Assembly: GCA_964429665.1 (NCBI GenBank)
Contig: CAYSDO010000001.1
Coordinates: forward strand, 1-56,877
Length of the DNA: 56,877 nt
Origin: an uncultured Bifidobacterium sp.
GTDB taxonomy: Bacteria; Verrucomicrobiota; Verrucomicrobiia; Limisphaerales; JADLHS01
Reading direction: 5' to 3'
The notes below the pieces were generated by a model. The model saw nothing but the letters and a program-made list of their open reading frames with translations, was not told the origin of the DNA and did no database searches. The stretch's first letter is position 1. Each line of letters begins with the position of its first letter. The translations under genes were made by a program, and so were the position numbers. Positions 15,949 to 23,819 of the stretch are shown in pieces.

Positions 15949-17528
15949 TCGCAGACAAAGTCGTGAAAAAAACCTCGCAATTCACCAAGGCGGAGCAGAA
16001 GACGTTCGCCCGGAAGATCAAAACACCGCAGGAGTTGCGGAAGATTCTCGGCAACCCGCCGCGCAAGAAGAAGGCCATCATGTGCCACGGCACGTTCGAT
16101 CTCGTACATCCCGGCCACATCCGCCACCTCATCTACGCCAAGAGCAAGGCGGACATCCTCATCACGAGTCTTACGGCAGACGTTCATATCCAGAAGGCGA
16201 ATTTCCGTCCGTTTGTGCCGCAGGATTTGCGCGCGATGAACCTCGCCGCGCTTGAAGTCGTGGATTACGTCGTCATTGATGAGAACGCCACGCCCATCGA
16301 AAACCTCAAGATCATCCAGCCGGATTATTTCGCAAAGGGCTACGAATACAACAAAGGTGGCCTGAACCCAAAGACGAAGGAGGAAAAAGATGCACTCGAT
16401 ACTTACGGCGGTGAAATCCTGTTCACGCCCGGCGACATCGTCTATTCCTCATCGCACATCATCGAGACCGAGCCGCCGAATCTCTCGGCGGACAAGTTGC
16501 ACGCGCTGATGCAGGCTGAAGGCATCACGTTCCAGAAACTTCGCGACACACTCGCCGCCTTCAACAAAGCGAAGATCCACGTTGTCGGCGACACCATCGT
16601 TGACTCTTACACCTACTGCACGCTCATCGGCGGCAATACAAAGACGCCCACGATGAGCCTGCGTTTCGATTCGCAGGTGGATTTCGTCGGCGGCGCAGGC
16701 ATCGTTGCCAAGCACATGAAAGGCGCGGGCGCGGACGTGAGTTTTACGACCGTGCTCGGTGAGGACACGCTCAAGGATTTCGTCCTGAAAGACCTTCAAG
16801 ACTACGGCGTAAAGTGCGACGCGGTCGCGGATCGCACGCGCCCGACCACGCAGAAAAACCTGTTCACCACGCAGGGTTATCGGATGCTCAAGGTGGACAA
16901 GCTGGACAACCGCCCCATCTCCGACAAGGTGCTGGAGCATTTCAAATCGTCCATCGCCGCGAGCAAGGCCGATGCGATAATCTTCAGCGATTTCCGTCAC
17001 GGCATCTTCAACCGCACCACAATCCCGCCGCTCGTCGCCGCGTTGCCGAAAGATTCACTGCGCATCGCCGATAGCCAGGTCGCGAGTCGTTGGGGCAACA
17101 TCCTTGAATTTCAAGGTTTCGATCTCATCACCCCGAACGAACGCGAAGCGCGGTTCTCGCTGGGCGATCAGGATTCCACCGTGCGTCCGCTCGCCGAGGA
17201 ACTTTACAAGCGCGCGAACTGCAAATATCTCATGCTCAAAATGGGCGAGCGTGGCATGATCACCTATCGCGCTCCCGGCAACGCCGTCCGCACGTTCTTC
17301 ACAGTGGACACGTTCACCGACAAGGTCGTGGACGCCGTCGGCGCGGGCGATGCCCTGCTCGCTTATGCCACGATTTCGCTTGTCGTTTCCAAATGCATCG
17401 TCACCGCCTCCATCCTCGGTGCGGTCGCGGCAGCGCTCGCGTGCGAACGCGACGGCAATCATCCGATTGATCCGGCGGACGTGCTTAAGCGATTGGATCA
17501 CGTCGAGCGGCAGGTCAAATACGAATGA
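15924..17528 (+). CDS. bifunctional cytidylyl/adenylyl-transferase (N-terminal) plus PfkB-family sugar kinase (C-terminal), HldE-like with reversed domain order
   Basis: N-terminal 'CHGTFDLVHPGHIRHL' (HxGH nucleotidyltransferase). C-terminal PfkB pattern 'VVGDTIVDSY...GGAGIVA...DAVGAGDALLAY'. The start is GTG 15924 or GTG 15963. Confidence 0.85.
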   Translation: MVQVSRQIIADKVVKKTSQFTKAEQKTFARKIKTPQELRKILGNPPRKKKAIMCHGTFDLVHPGHIRHLIYAKSKADILITSLTADVHIQKANFRPFVPQDLRAMNLAALEVVDYVVIDENATPIENLKIIQPDYFAKGYEYNKGGLNPKTKEEKDALDTYGGEILFTPGDIVYSSSHIIETEPPNLSADKLHALMQAEGITFQKLRDTLAAFNKAKIHVVGDTIVDSYTYCTLIGGNTKTPTMSLRFDSQVDFVGGAGIVAKHMKGAGADVSFTTVLGEDTLKDFVLKDLQDYGVKCDAVADRTRPTTQKNLFTTQGYRMLKVDKLDNRPISDKVLEHFKSSIAASKADAIIFSDFRHGIFNRTTIPPLVAALPKDSLRIADSQVASRWGNILEFQGFDLITPNEREARFSLGDQDSTVRPLAEELYKRANCKYLMLKMGERGMITYRAPGNAVRTFFTVDTFTDKVVDAVGAGDALLAYATISLVVSKCIVTASILGAVAAALACERDGNHPIDPADVLKRLDHVERQVKYE

Positions 17529-18439
17529 GAGTCATCGTTGTCGGCGCGGGAAATCAGGGCGGCAAACGCGCAAAGGTTGCTGGCGCTGACCTCGTCGCCA
17601 CGGTTGACCCCGTCAACGCCGCCGCGAAATTTAAGACCGTCGAACAAGTCCCGCTCGATTCCTACGACGCCGCGCTCGTCTGCACGCCCGACGCAGCCAA
17701 GCCAAAAATCCTTTCGCACCTTCTCGGCAACAAAAAGCACGTCCTCGTCGAGAAACCGTTGCTCGGCGAATCCGGCTGTTCGCTTCAACAACTCAAAGAA
17801 CTCGCCGAACGCAACCACACCGCCTGCTACACGGCCTACAACCATCGCTTCGAGCCGCACATCCTCCGTCTCAAGCAGACGCTCGACGCGAACTGGCTCG
17901 GCAAGATCTATCAGGCCAAATTTTTCTACGGCAACGGCACGGCGCGCGACGTCCGCAATTCCGCGTGGCGCGACACCGGTCTCGGCGTGCTGCCCGACCT
18001 CGGCTCGCATCTGCTTGACTGGACGCTGATGCTGTTCGGCAAACCCACTGTGCCGCCGCGCGTCTGGGGCGCTCACCGTTTCGAGAACCGCGCGTTCGAT
18101 CACTACCATTTTACCTTCCAAGGTGAGCCGGTCATTGATTACGAAATGACCATGCTCTCATGGCGCAACACGTTCCGCTTCGACCTCTGGGCCGAGAACG
18201 GCAGCGTCCACATTGATTGCCTCTGCAAATGGGGCGTAAGCACCTACACCGAGCGACGCCGCGTGCTGCCAAGTGGACGCCCGCAGGAAACCGTCGAGCA
18301 GTTGCCGCAAGGCGATCCGACGTGGGAACTCGAATACGCGCACTTCAAGAAGCTTTGCCAGAACCCGGTCAACAACATCGCCAACGACATCTGGATTGAC
18401 GCGATGCTGGCCGAACTGGGAAAACAATCGCCGCCATGA
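17525..18439 (+). CDS. Gfo/Idh/MocA family oxidoreductase
   Basis: 'MRVIVVGAGNQGGKR' Rossmann start and 'HVLVEKPL' motif. ATGA overlap with the upstream gene. Confidence 0.85.
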   Translation: MRVIVVGAGNQGGKRAKVAGADLVATVDPVNAAAKFKTVEQVPLDSYDAALVCTPDAAKPKILSHLLGNKKHVLVEKPLLGESGCSLQQLKELAERNHTACYTAYNHRFEPHILRLKQTLDANWLGKIYQAKFFYGNGTARDVRNSAWRDTGLGVLPDLGSHLLDWTLMLFGKPTVPPRVWGAHRFENRAFDHYHFTFQGEPVIDYEMTMLSWRNTFRFDLWAENGSVHIDCLCKWGVSTYTERRRVLPSGRPQETVEQLPQGDPTWELEYAHFKKLCQNPVNNIANDIWIDAMLAELGKQSPP

Positions 18440-18447
18440 ACCGGAGC

Positions 18448-18575
18448 AAAAGTAGCGGCGACGCCCCGTCGCCCAAGAGTAAATGCGCCGCCCCCGGCGC
18501 ATGTTCCGTGGCTTTCCAAAACCACAACGCGAGCATAGCAACCCCAATCGAGCGACGAGGCGTCGCTGCTACTTT
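18448..18575. repeat. ~128-nt intergenic element with 17-nt terminal inverted repeats and three internal GC hairpins
   Basis: aaagtagcGgcgacgcc (18449-18465) versus ggcgtcgcTgctacttt (18559-18575), 16/17 complementary. Internal hairpins: GGCGAC/GTCGCC (18457-18473), GCGCCG/CGGCGC (18485-18500) and AGCGACG/CGTCGCT (18551-18567). Confidence 0.6.
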
Positions 18576-19898
18576 ATGATCGGATTCGCCGGCCTGTCGC
18601 ACCTCGGCATCAATTACAGCCTCGCCACTGCGGCGAAAGGTTTCGAGGTGATGGCGTTCCATCCGTCGGCGGAACTCGCGGCGGATTTGACGAAAGGGAA
18701 ATTTCCCATCGAAGAACCCGGCCTTGCCGAACTCTTCGTCGCGAATGAAAACCGCATCCATTTCTCCGCGGACGCGAAGAGTTTGTCACGTTGCGACCTC
18801 GTCTTCGTAGCGCTCGACATCAAGACCGACGACAACAACCGCAGCGACACCGGCCCGTTGATGGAGTTGATCAAACAGATCGCTCCGCATCTGAAAAAGG
18901 GCAGCGCACTTGTCTTGTTGAGTCAGGTCAATCCCGGCTTCACCCGCAAGCTGCGCGCGGAACTGCTCCGCACCAGCGTGGTCGCCGAAGTCATTTATCA
19001 GGTCGAGACGCTCATCTTCGGTCGCGCGGTCGAGCGCGCGCTGCATCCCGAACGTTACATGGTCGGCGCAGACGACCCCACCAAGCCTTTGCCACCGCTG
19101 CTCAAGCAATGGCACGACAGTTTCGGCTGTCCTGTGCTGGTGATGCGTTACGAAAGTGCGGAGCTGGCGAAGATCGCCATCAACTTTTTCCTCGTCTCGT
19201 CTGTTTCAACCACGAACACGCTCGCCGAAGTCTGCGAGCACATCGGCGCGGACTGGAACGAGATCGCGCCCGCGCTACGGCTCGACGCGCGCATCGGCCC
19301 GAAGGCGTATCTCACGCCCGGCCTCGGCATCGCCGGCGGAAACCTGGAGCGCGATCTCGTGACCGTGAAGCGATTGGCTGAGGGGTCGCAAGCCGACACT
19401 GGCATCGTGGATGCGTGGCAACGCAACAGCGCACATCGCAAGGACTGGGCCGCGCGCACGCTGCGTGAAGCGGCTAAGAAACGTGGGTTAGATTTGAAGA
19501 ATGCCGTCGTCGCCGTGTGGGGCTTGGCCTACAAAGAGAACACGCACTCCATCAAGAATTCGCCGTCGCTTCAATTCGTTGCTGCGATTCCCGAAGCCCG
19601 CAAGCAGGCCTACGATCCCGCAGTGAAACTTTCCGCCGACGCGTATCCGCAATTTCAACAAGTCGCCAATGCGCTCGACTGCTGTCGGGGCGCGGACGTG
19701 CTGGTGATCCCGACGCCATGGCCGGAATTTCGTTCGGCGGATTTGAAAGCTATCCGTGCGGCGATGCGCGGGAACATCATCCTCGATCCGTTTGGCATGC
19801 TCAACGGCGAGCAAGTCGCTGCGTTGGGGTTTGATTACCACCGTCTCGGCATGCCTCCGCGTTCAAGAGCGCCGGTCTCCGACCCGGCTCGACGATAA
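18576..19898 (+). CDS. UDP-glucose/GDP-mannose dehydrogenase family protein (atypical active site)
   Basis: Family patterns 'YQVETLIFGRAVE' and 'ESAELAKIAINFFLVSSVSTTNTLAEVCEHIGADWNEI'. The active-site segment reads 'PGLGIAGGNLERD' instead of ...GGSC(L/F)PKD. I prefer ATG 18576 ('MIGFAGLSHLG') to 18483. Confidence 0.8.
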   Translation: MIGFAGLSHLGINYSLATAAKGFEVMAFHPSAELAADLTKGKFPIEEPGLAELFVANENRIHFSADAKSLSRCDLVFVALDIKTDDNNRSDTGPLMELIKQIAPHLKKGSALVLLSQVNPGFTRKLRAELLRTSVVAEVIYQVETLIFGRAVERALHPERYMVGADDPTKPLPPLLKQWHDSFGCPVLVMRYESAELAKIAINFFLVSSVSTTNTLAEVCEHIGADWNEIAPALRLDARIGPKAYLTPGLGIAGGNLERDLVTVKRLAEGSQADTGIVDAWQRNSAHRKDWAARTLREAAKKRGLDLKNAVVAVWGLAYKENTHSIKNSPSLQFVAAIPEARKQAYDPAVKLSADAYPQFQQVANALDCCRGADVLVIPTPWPEFRSADLKAIRAAMRGNIILDPFGMLNGEQVAALGFDYHRLGMPPRSRAPVSDPARR

Positions 19899-19929
19899 AA
19901 TAGAAGCACGCCGGGTCGGAGACCGGCGC
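19869..19929 (+). promoter_or_regulatory. perfect 20-bp inverted repeat (stem-loop) spanning the stop codon of the dehydrogenase gene
   Basis: gcgccggtctccgacccggc (19869-19888) and gccgggtcggagaccggcgc (19910-19929) are exact reverse complements. The 21-nt loop holds TAA (19896-19898). No T-run follows. The next ATG is at 19940. Confidence 0.7.
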
Positions 19930-19939
19930 TCCAAAAACC

Positions 19940-20821
19940 ATGCTCACACTCAACTCACCCAAACCCACCAAACCTGAACGCGTCGTCATCATGGGCGCGG
20001 GTGGGTTCGTCGGTCGTGCCAGTGCGGACAGGCTCAAGGCCGACGGCGTGAATGTCGTTGCGCTCACGCGCAAGGAAGTGGATTTACTCGCGGCAGACGC
20101 GACCGCCAAACTTGCAGCGCAACTCACATCTGCAACTACGCTGGTCGTCACCTCCGCACTCGCGCCGGTGAAAAACACACCGATGCTGCTCGATAACCTG
20201 CGCATGATGCATGCGATCATCGAGGCGGTGAAAACCAAGCCGGTCGTGCATCTCATCTACATCAGCTCCGATGCGGTCTATTCCGATTCCGACAAGCCCA
20301 TGACCGAATCTTCGCCTGCCGAGCCGGGTTCGTTGCATGGCGTGATGCACCTCGCACGCGAAGTGATGTTGAAGAACGAACTCGCCAGCATCCCACAGGC
20401 ATTCGTGCGGCCAACGCTTATCTTCGGGCCGGGCGACCCGCACAACGGCTACGGCCCGAACCGTTTCATGCGACTGGCAAAAGCCGATCAGGAAATCAAG
20501 CTGTTCGGCGAAGGCGAGGAACGGCGCGATCATATTTTCATCGGAGACGTGGCGGAGATTATCTGCCGCTGCGTGCTGCATCGTGCGACGGGAATCGTGA
20601 ACGCGGTGAGCGGCAAAGTGACTTCGTTCAAAGAAATTGCCGAGATGGCGGCGGCAAGGTTCGAGCCGCGCGTGAAAGTCACCGCCACGCCGCGCGTTGG
20701 CGCGATGCCCCACAACGGCTATCGGGCATTCGATAGCGGGTTGCTTCAAAAACTTTTCCAAGACTTCAAGCCTGCAACGTTGTCACAGGGACTTGATCGC
20801 GTGAAATCCTCGCCTGCATGA
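19940..20821 (+). CDS. atypical SDR-fold (epimerase/reductase-like) protein
   Basis: 'VVIMGAGGFVGRA' and 'YISSDAVYSD'. The position of YxxxK reads 'SLHGVMHLAREVM' (HxxxH). Confidence 0.8.
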   Translation: MLTLNSPKPTKPERVVIMGAGGFVGRASADRLKADGVNVVALTRKEVDLLAADATAKLAAQLTSATTLVVTSALAPVKNTPMLLDNLRMMHAIIEAVKTKPVVHLIYISSDAVYSDSDKPMTESSPAEPGSLHGVMHLAREVMLKNELASIPQAFVRPTLIFGPGDPHNGYGPNRFMRLAKADQEIKLFGEGEERRDHIFIGDVAEIICRCVLHRATGIVNAVSGKVTSFKEIAEMAAARFEPRVKVTATPRVGAMPHNGYRAFDSGLLQKLFQDFKPATLSQGLDRVKSSPA

Positions 20822-21240
20822 GCGCATCGGAGGACGTGCCAAGGATCGGTGGCGTGGTATTGTTGCGCGATGACGGTGCCGCGCTTCTTCAGTTGCGCGA
20901 CAACATACCGACCATCACTGCTCCGGGCCTTTGGGTTTTTCCTGGTGGTCACTGCGAAGATGGCGAAACATGTCGGGATTGCGCGCGTCGTGAGTTCCGG
21001 GAGGAGACTGGTTACGATTGTCCTGAGATCAAGCCTTTGACCGAGTTTCACTACATTGCGCCGGAGAATGGCCGGACGTATCTGCTGAGTTTCTGGTGGG
21101 ATCGCTACGATGGTGTGAGTCCCGTGTTTTGTTATGAGGGACAGGAGGTGCGATTTATTCCGCGGTCAGAATTTGAAGGCAAGCCAACAACAGACTACTT
21201 GCTTTCCGTTTGGGAACTGGCGCTGACGAAACTCTGCTGA
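20818..21240 (+). CDS. NUDIX hydrolase
   Basis: Nudix box 'GGHCEDGETCRDCARREFREETGY'. ATGA overlap with the upstream gene. Confidence 0.85.
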   Translation: MSASEDVPRIGGVVLLRDDGAALLQLRDNIPTITAPGLWVFPGGHCEDGETCRDCARREFREETGYDCPEIKPLTEFHYIAPENGRTYLLSFWWDRYDGVSPVFCYEGQEVRFIPRSEFEGKPTTDYLLSVWELALTKLC

Positions 21241-21263
21241 ATTCCTGACCTGCTTCCAGAAGC

Positions 21264-21632
21264 TTAGGAGGTCTTTTTCCTCCGCGTGACCTTGGGTTTG
21301 ACCGCAGGCGCATCGCCCCAAAGACTTTCCAAGTCGTAATGTTCGCGAGCGTCGGCGCGCATCACGTGGACAATGACGTCGAAGAAATCCATCACCACCC
21401 AGGCGCCCTGAACCTTGCCGTCTGTGGCGAGGGGTCGGACATCATGATCGTCACGCAGTTTGTCTGTGATTTCACCCACGATGGCGCGGAGGTGTGGTTC
21501 ACTGGTGCCGGAGGCGATGACAAAAAAATCCGTAACACTGGACAGCTTGCGCACGTCCAGCACGAGAATGTTTTCAGCCTTCTTGTTATCCGCCAGATCG
21601 CGGCAGAGGAGAGCCAGTTTCTTTGAATCCAT
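21264..21632 (-). CDS. rsfS: ribosome silencing factor
   Basis: 'AENILVLDVRKLSSVTDFFVIASGTSEPHLRAI...WVVMDFFDVIVHVM...REHYDLESLW'. Start taken at 'MDSKK'. Confidence 0.9.
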   Translation of the reverse strand: MDSKKLALLCRDLADNKKAENILVLDVRKLSSVTDFFVIASGTSEPHLRAIVGEITDKLRDDHDVRPLATDGKVQGAWVVMDFFDVIVHVMRADAREHYDLESLWGDAPAVKPKVTRRKKTS

Positions 21633-21729
21633 ATTTACCAGCAGATTTAAGCACGGATTGAATGGAATGAACACTGATAAATGCCGGCCTCCCGGAATCC
21701 AAATCGCTTGAAGTCGTTCACGCCTGATC

Positions 21730-22284
21730 TCATGTTGGCAGCGGCCTGCCGATATTGATTCTGTTCTTGAGACAGTATGCTGCGTTCGCGACGTACTTCA
21801 TTGCCCAATACTTTAACTGGCCTCGTTCTTCACTTGTGAGTTTGCGAACAATTTTCGCAGGCGCACCGAGCACGAGACAGCCGGGCGGGATTTTCATTCC
21901 CTGGGTCACGAGCGCTTTGGCTCCGATGAGCGATTGTTTTCCGACCACGGCCCCATCAAGAATCACCGCACCCATGCCGATCAAAACCTCGTCACCGACT
22001 TTGCAGGCGTGGACAATCGCGGAGTGCCCGACCGTGACGTAGTTCCCGACAATGCATGGAAAGTCATCAGCCAGGTGCAGGACAGCGTTGTCCTGGATGT
22101 TGGTGTGATGACCGACCACGATGCGGTTGATGTCACCGCGCAATACGGCATTGTACCAGACACTTGATTGAGCACCGATGCTGACGTCCCCCAAAACGAC
22201 GCCGGTTTGAGCAATATAAACACCCTTGCCGAGCTTCGGTTTTTTACCAAGGAACTTGTCCAATTGTTTTTCCAGTTTTCCCAT
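21730..22284 (-). CDS. gamma-class carbonic anhydrase-like hexapeptide-repeat protein
   Basis: Left-handed beta-helix repeats 'VLGDVSIGAQSSVWYNAVLRGDINRIVVGHHTNIQDNAVLH...VGHSAIVHAC'. Start taken at 'MGKLEKQ'. Confidence 0.9.
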   Translation of the reverse strand: MGKLEKQLDKFLGKKPKLGKGVYIAQTGVVLGDVSIGAQSSVWYNAVLRGDINRIVVGHHTNIQDNAVLHLADDFPCIVGNYVTVGHSAIVHACKVGDEVLIGMGAVILDGAVVGKQSLIGAKALVTQGMKIPPGCLVLGAPAKIVRKLTSEERGQLKYWAMKYVANAAYCLKNRINIGRPLPT

Positions 22285-22321
22285 GTCTTTGTTAAATCCT
22301 ATTTGTGACGACTTGGAAATG

Positions 22322-22349
22322 AAAAACCCGCAGCCACACGACTGCGGGG
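22322..22349 (-). terminator. Rho-independent terminator (minus strand)
   Basis: The minus strand reads CCCCGCAG-tcgtgtgg-CTGCGGG followed by TTTTT, about 20 nt after the stop at 22370. Confidence 0.7.
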
Positions 22350-22369
22350 TGAGTTCCTTTGATTCCGAA

Positions 22370-22741
22370 TCACCGGCAATGCGGGTTACCCCGGTGGTGA
22401 TGCCGATAACCGCCACCGTAACTGAAGCTCACATAAGGTTGCGGCGCGAAATACACGGGGGCTTGATACACCACCACAGGCGGTGGCGCGGGCACATAAA
22501 CTACACTTGGTGCACACACCGGCGCGGGTGGCGGGCAATAACGCGGCGCGGGAGCGCAACTGGAATACGTCACGGAATAGCTCGCAGGCTGGCAGTCAAT
22601 GGCGTTTGCGATCACCACGCCGGCGGCGACACCGGTCAAAACTTTTCCCACCGTGGCCCATTCACGATTTCCTGCGTGGGCGGTTTGGATGCTTGCTCCC
22701 GCAATTGCCAGGAGCGTAATGGCTGCAATGATCTTTTTCAT
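22370..22741 (-). CDS. small secreted Pro/Cys/Tyr-rich protein with a His-rich tail
   Basis: Signal peptide 'MKKIIAAITLLAIAGASIQTAHA'. Low-complexity 'CAPAPRYCPPPAPVCAPSVVYVPAPPPVVVYQAPVYFAPQPY' and 'GGGYRHHHRGNPH'. It has its own terminator. Confidence 0.55.
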   Translation of the reverse strand: MKKIIAAITLLAIAGASIQTAHAGNREWATVGKVLTGVAAGVVIANAIDCQPASYSVTYSSCAPAPRYCPPPAPVCAPSVVYVPAPPPVVVYQAPVYFAPQPYVSFSYGGGYRHHHRGNPHCR

Positions 22742-22844
22742 AACTTGCCTTTTGTTTTCGACGTTGTTTTCCATCTACGAACTGTCTGACGGGACGATTT
22801 TGATTTTATTCAGAGGGCATTATCGGTAAGAATTTCAGCGGTTT

Positions 22845-23774
22845 ATGGCGAAACCATCCATTCGACGGCCGCCGGTGCCGGAGCGCAAGATGCCCAAGTC
22901 GTTCAAGGAATTGACGCCTTCGAGACATTTCAATCCGCGCACGTTCTTCCGCGAACTGATCTGGAAGGCGCTGCTCACGCGCCGCACAGGCGAACATAAA
23001 CGGCCCACGTTTCCAAAACTTCGTCACGGTCAGGTTGCAATTACATGGATCGGTCACGCGTCCTTCCTGATTCAATTCACGGATTTGAATGTGTTGGTGG
23101 ACCCGAACTTTGCGAACTGGTTGTTCTTCCTCAAACGCATCAAACGTTCGGGGTTGAAAATCCAGGACCTTCCGCCAATCGATCTCGTGCTGCTTACACA
23201 TGCTCACTTCGATCACTTTCACAAGCCCACGCTGCGCCGTCTGCCTCATCCCAAGATCGGCATCATGCCGTGGGGGGTGGGTGACCTTGCACAAAATCTC
23301 GGATTCGAGCGAGTCATCGAACTCGAATGGTGGGAGAGTTTTTCGCATCGGGATTGGAAAGTCACATTGACGCCCGGCAAGCATTGGGGCGCTCGTACTC
23401 TGCACGACCATCATCGGGGTTACGGTGGATTCGTCCTCGAACATCAGGGCCGTCGTATCTATCACGCAGGCGACAGCGCGTACTTTGATGGCTTCAAGGA
23501 GATCGGGAAGGTGTTCTCACCTGATGTGGCGTTGCTTCCGATAGGCGCGTATCATCCGGAATCCTTTCGTCATGTTCACATGGGGCCGGACGAGGCAGTG
23601 AAGGCATTCAAAGACCTGCAGGCGCAATGTCTCGTGCCGATGCACTACGGAACATTCAAACTGTCCTTCGAAGACATGGATGAACCTCCGCGCTGGCTGC
23701 GGGAGATTGCGCGTGAACAAGGCTTGAGCCAGAAGGTGAGAATCCTGGACGAAGGTCTGCCTGAAGTTTTTTGA
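22845..23774 (+). CDS. MBL-fold metallo-hydrolase (NAPE-PLD-like)
   Basis: 'LVLLTHAHFDHF' HxHxDH motif, plus a later 'YHAGDS' and 'PMHYGTF'. Confidence 0.85.
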   Translation: MAKPSIRRPPVPERKMPKSFKELTPSRHFNPRTFFRELIWKALLTRRTGEHKRPTFPKLRHGQVAITWIGHASFLIQFTDLNVLVDPNFANWLFFLKRIKRSGLKIQDLPPIDLVLLTHAHFDHFHKPTLRRLPHPKIGIMPWGVGDLAQNLGFERVIELEWWESFSHRDWKVTLTPGKHWGARTLHDHHRGYGGFVLEHQGRRIYHAGDSAYFDGFKEIGKVFSPDVALLPIGAYHPESFRHVHMGPDEAVKAFKDLQAQCLVPMHYGTFKLSFEDMDEPPRWLREIAREQGLSQKVRILDEGLPEVF

Positions 23775-23819
23775 CGACACACTTGCCGGATACGAGCGCC
23801 GGCGACACTATTCTGTTGC

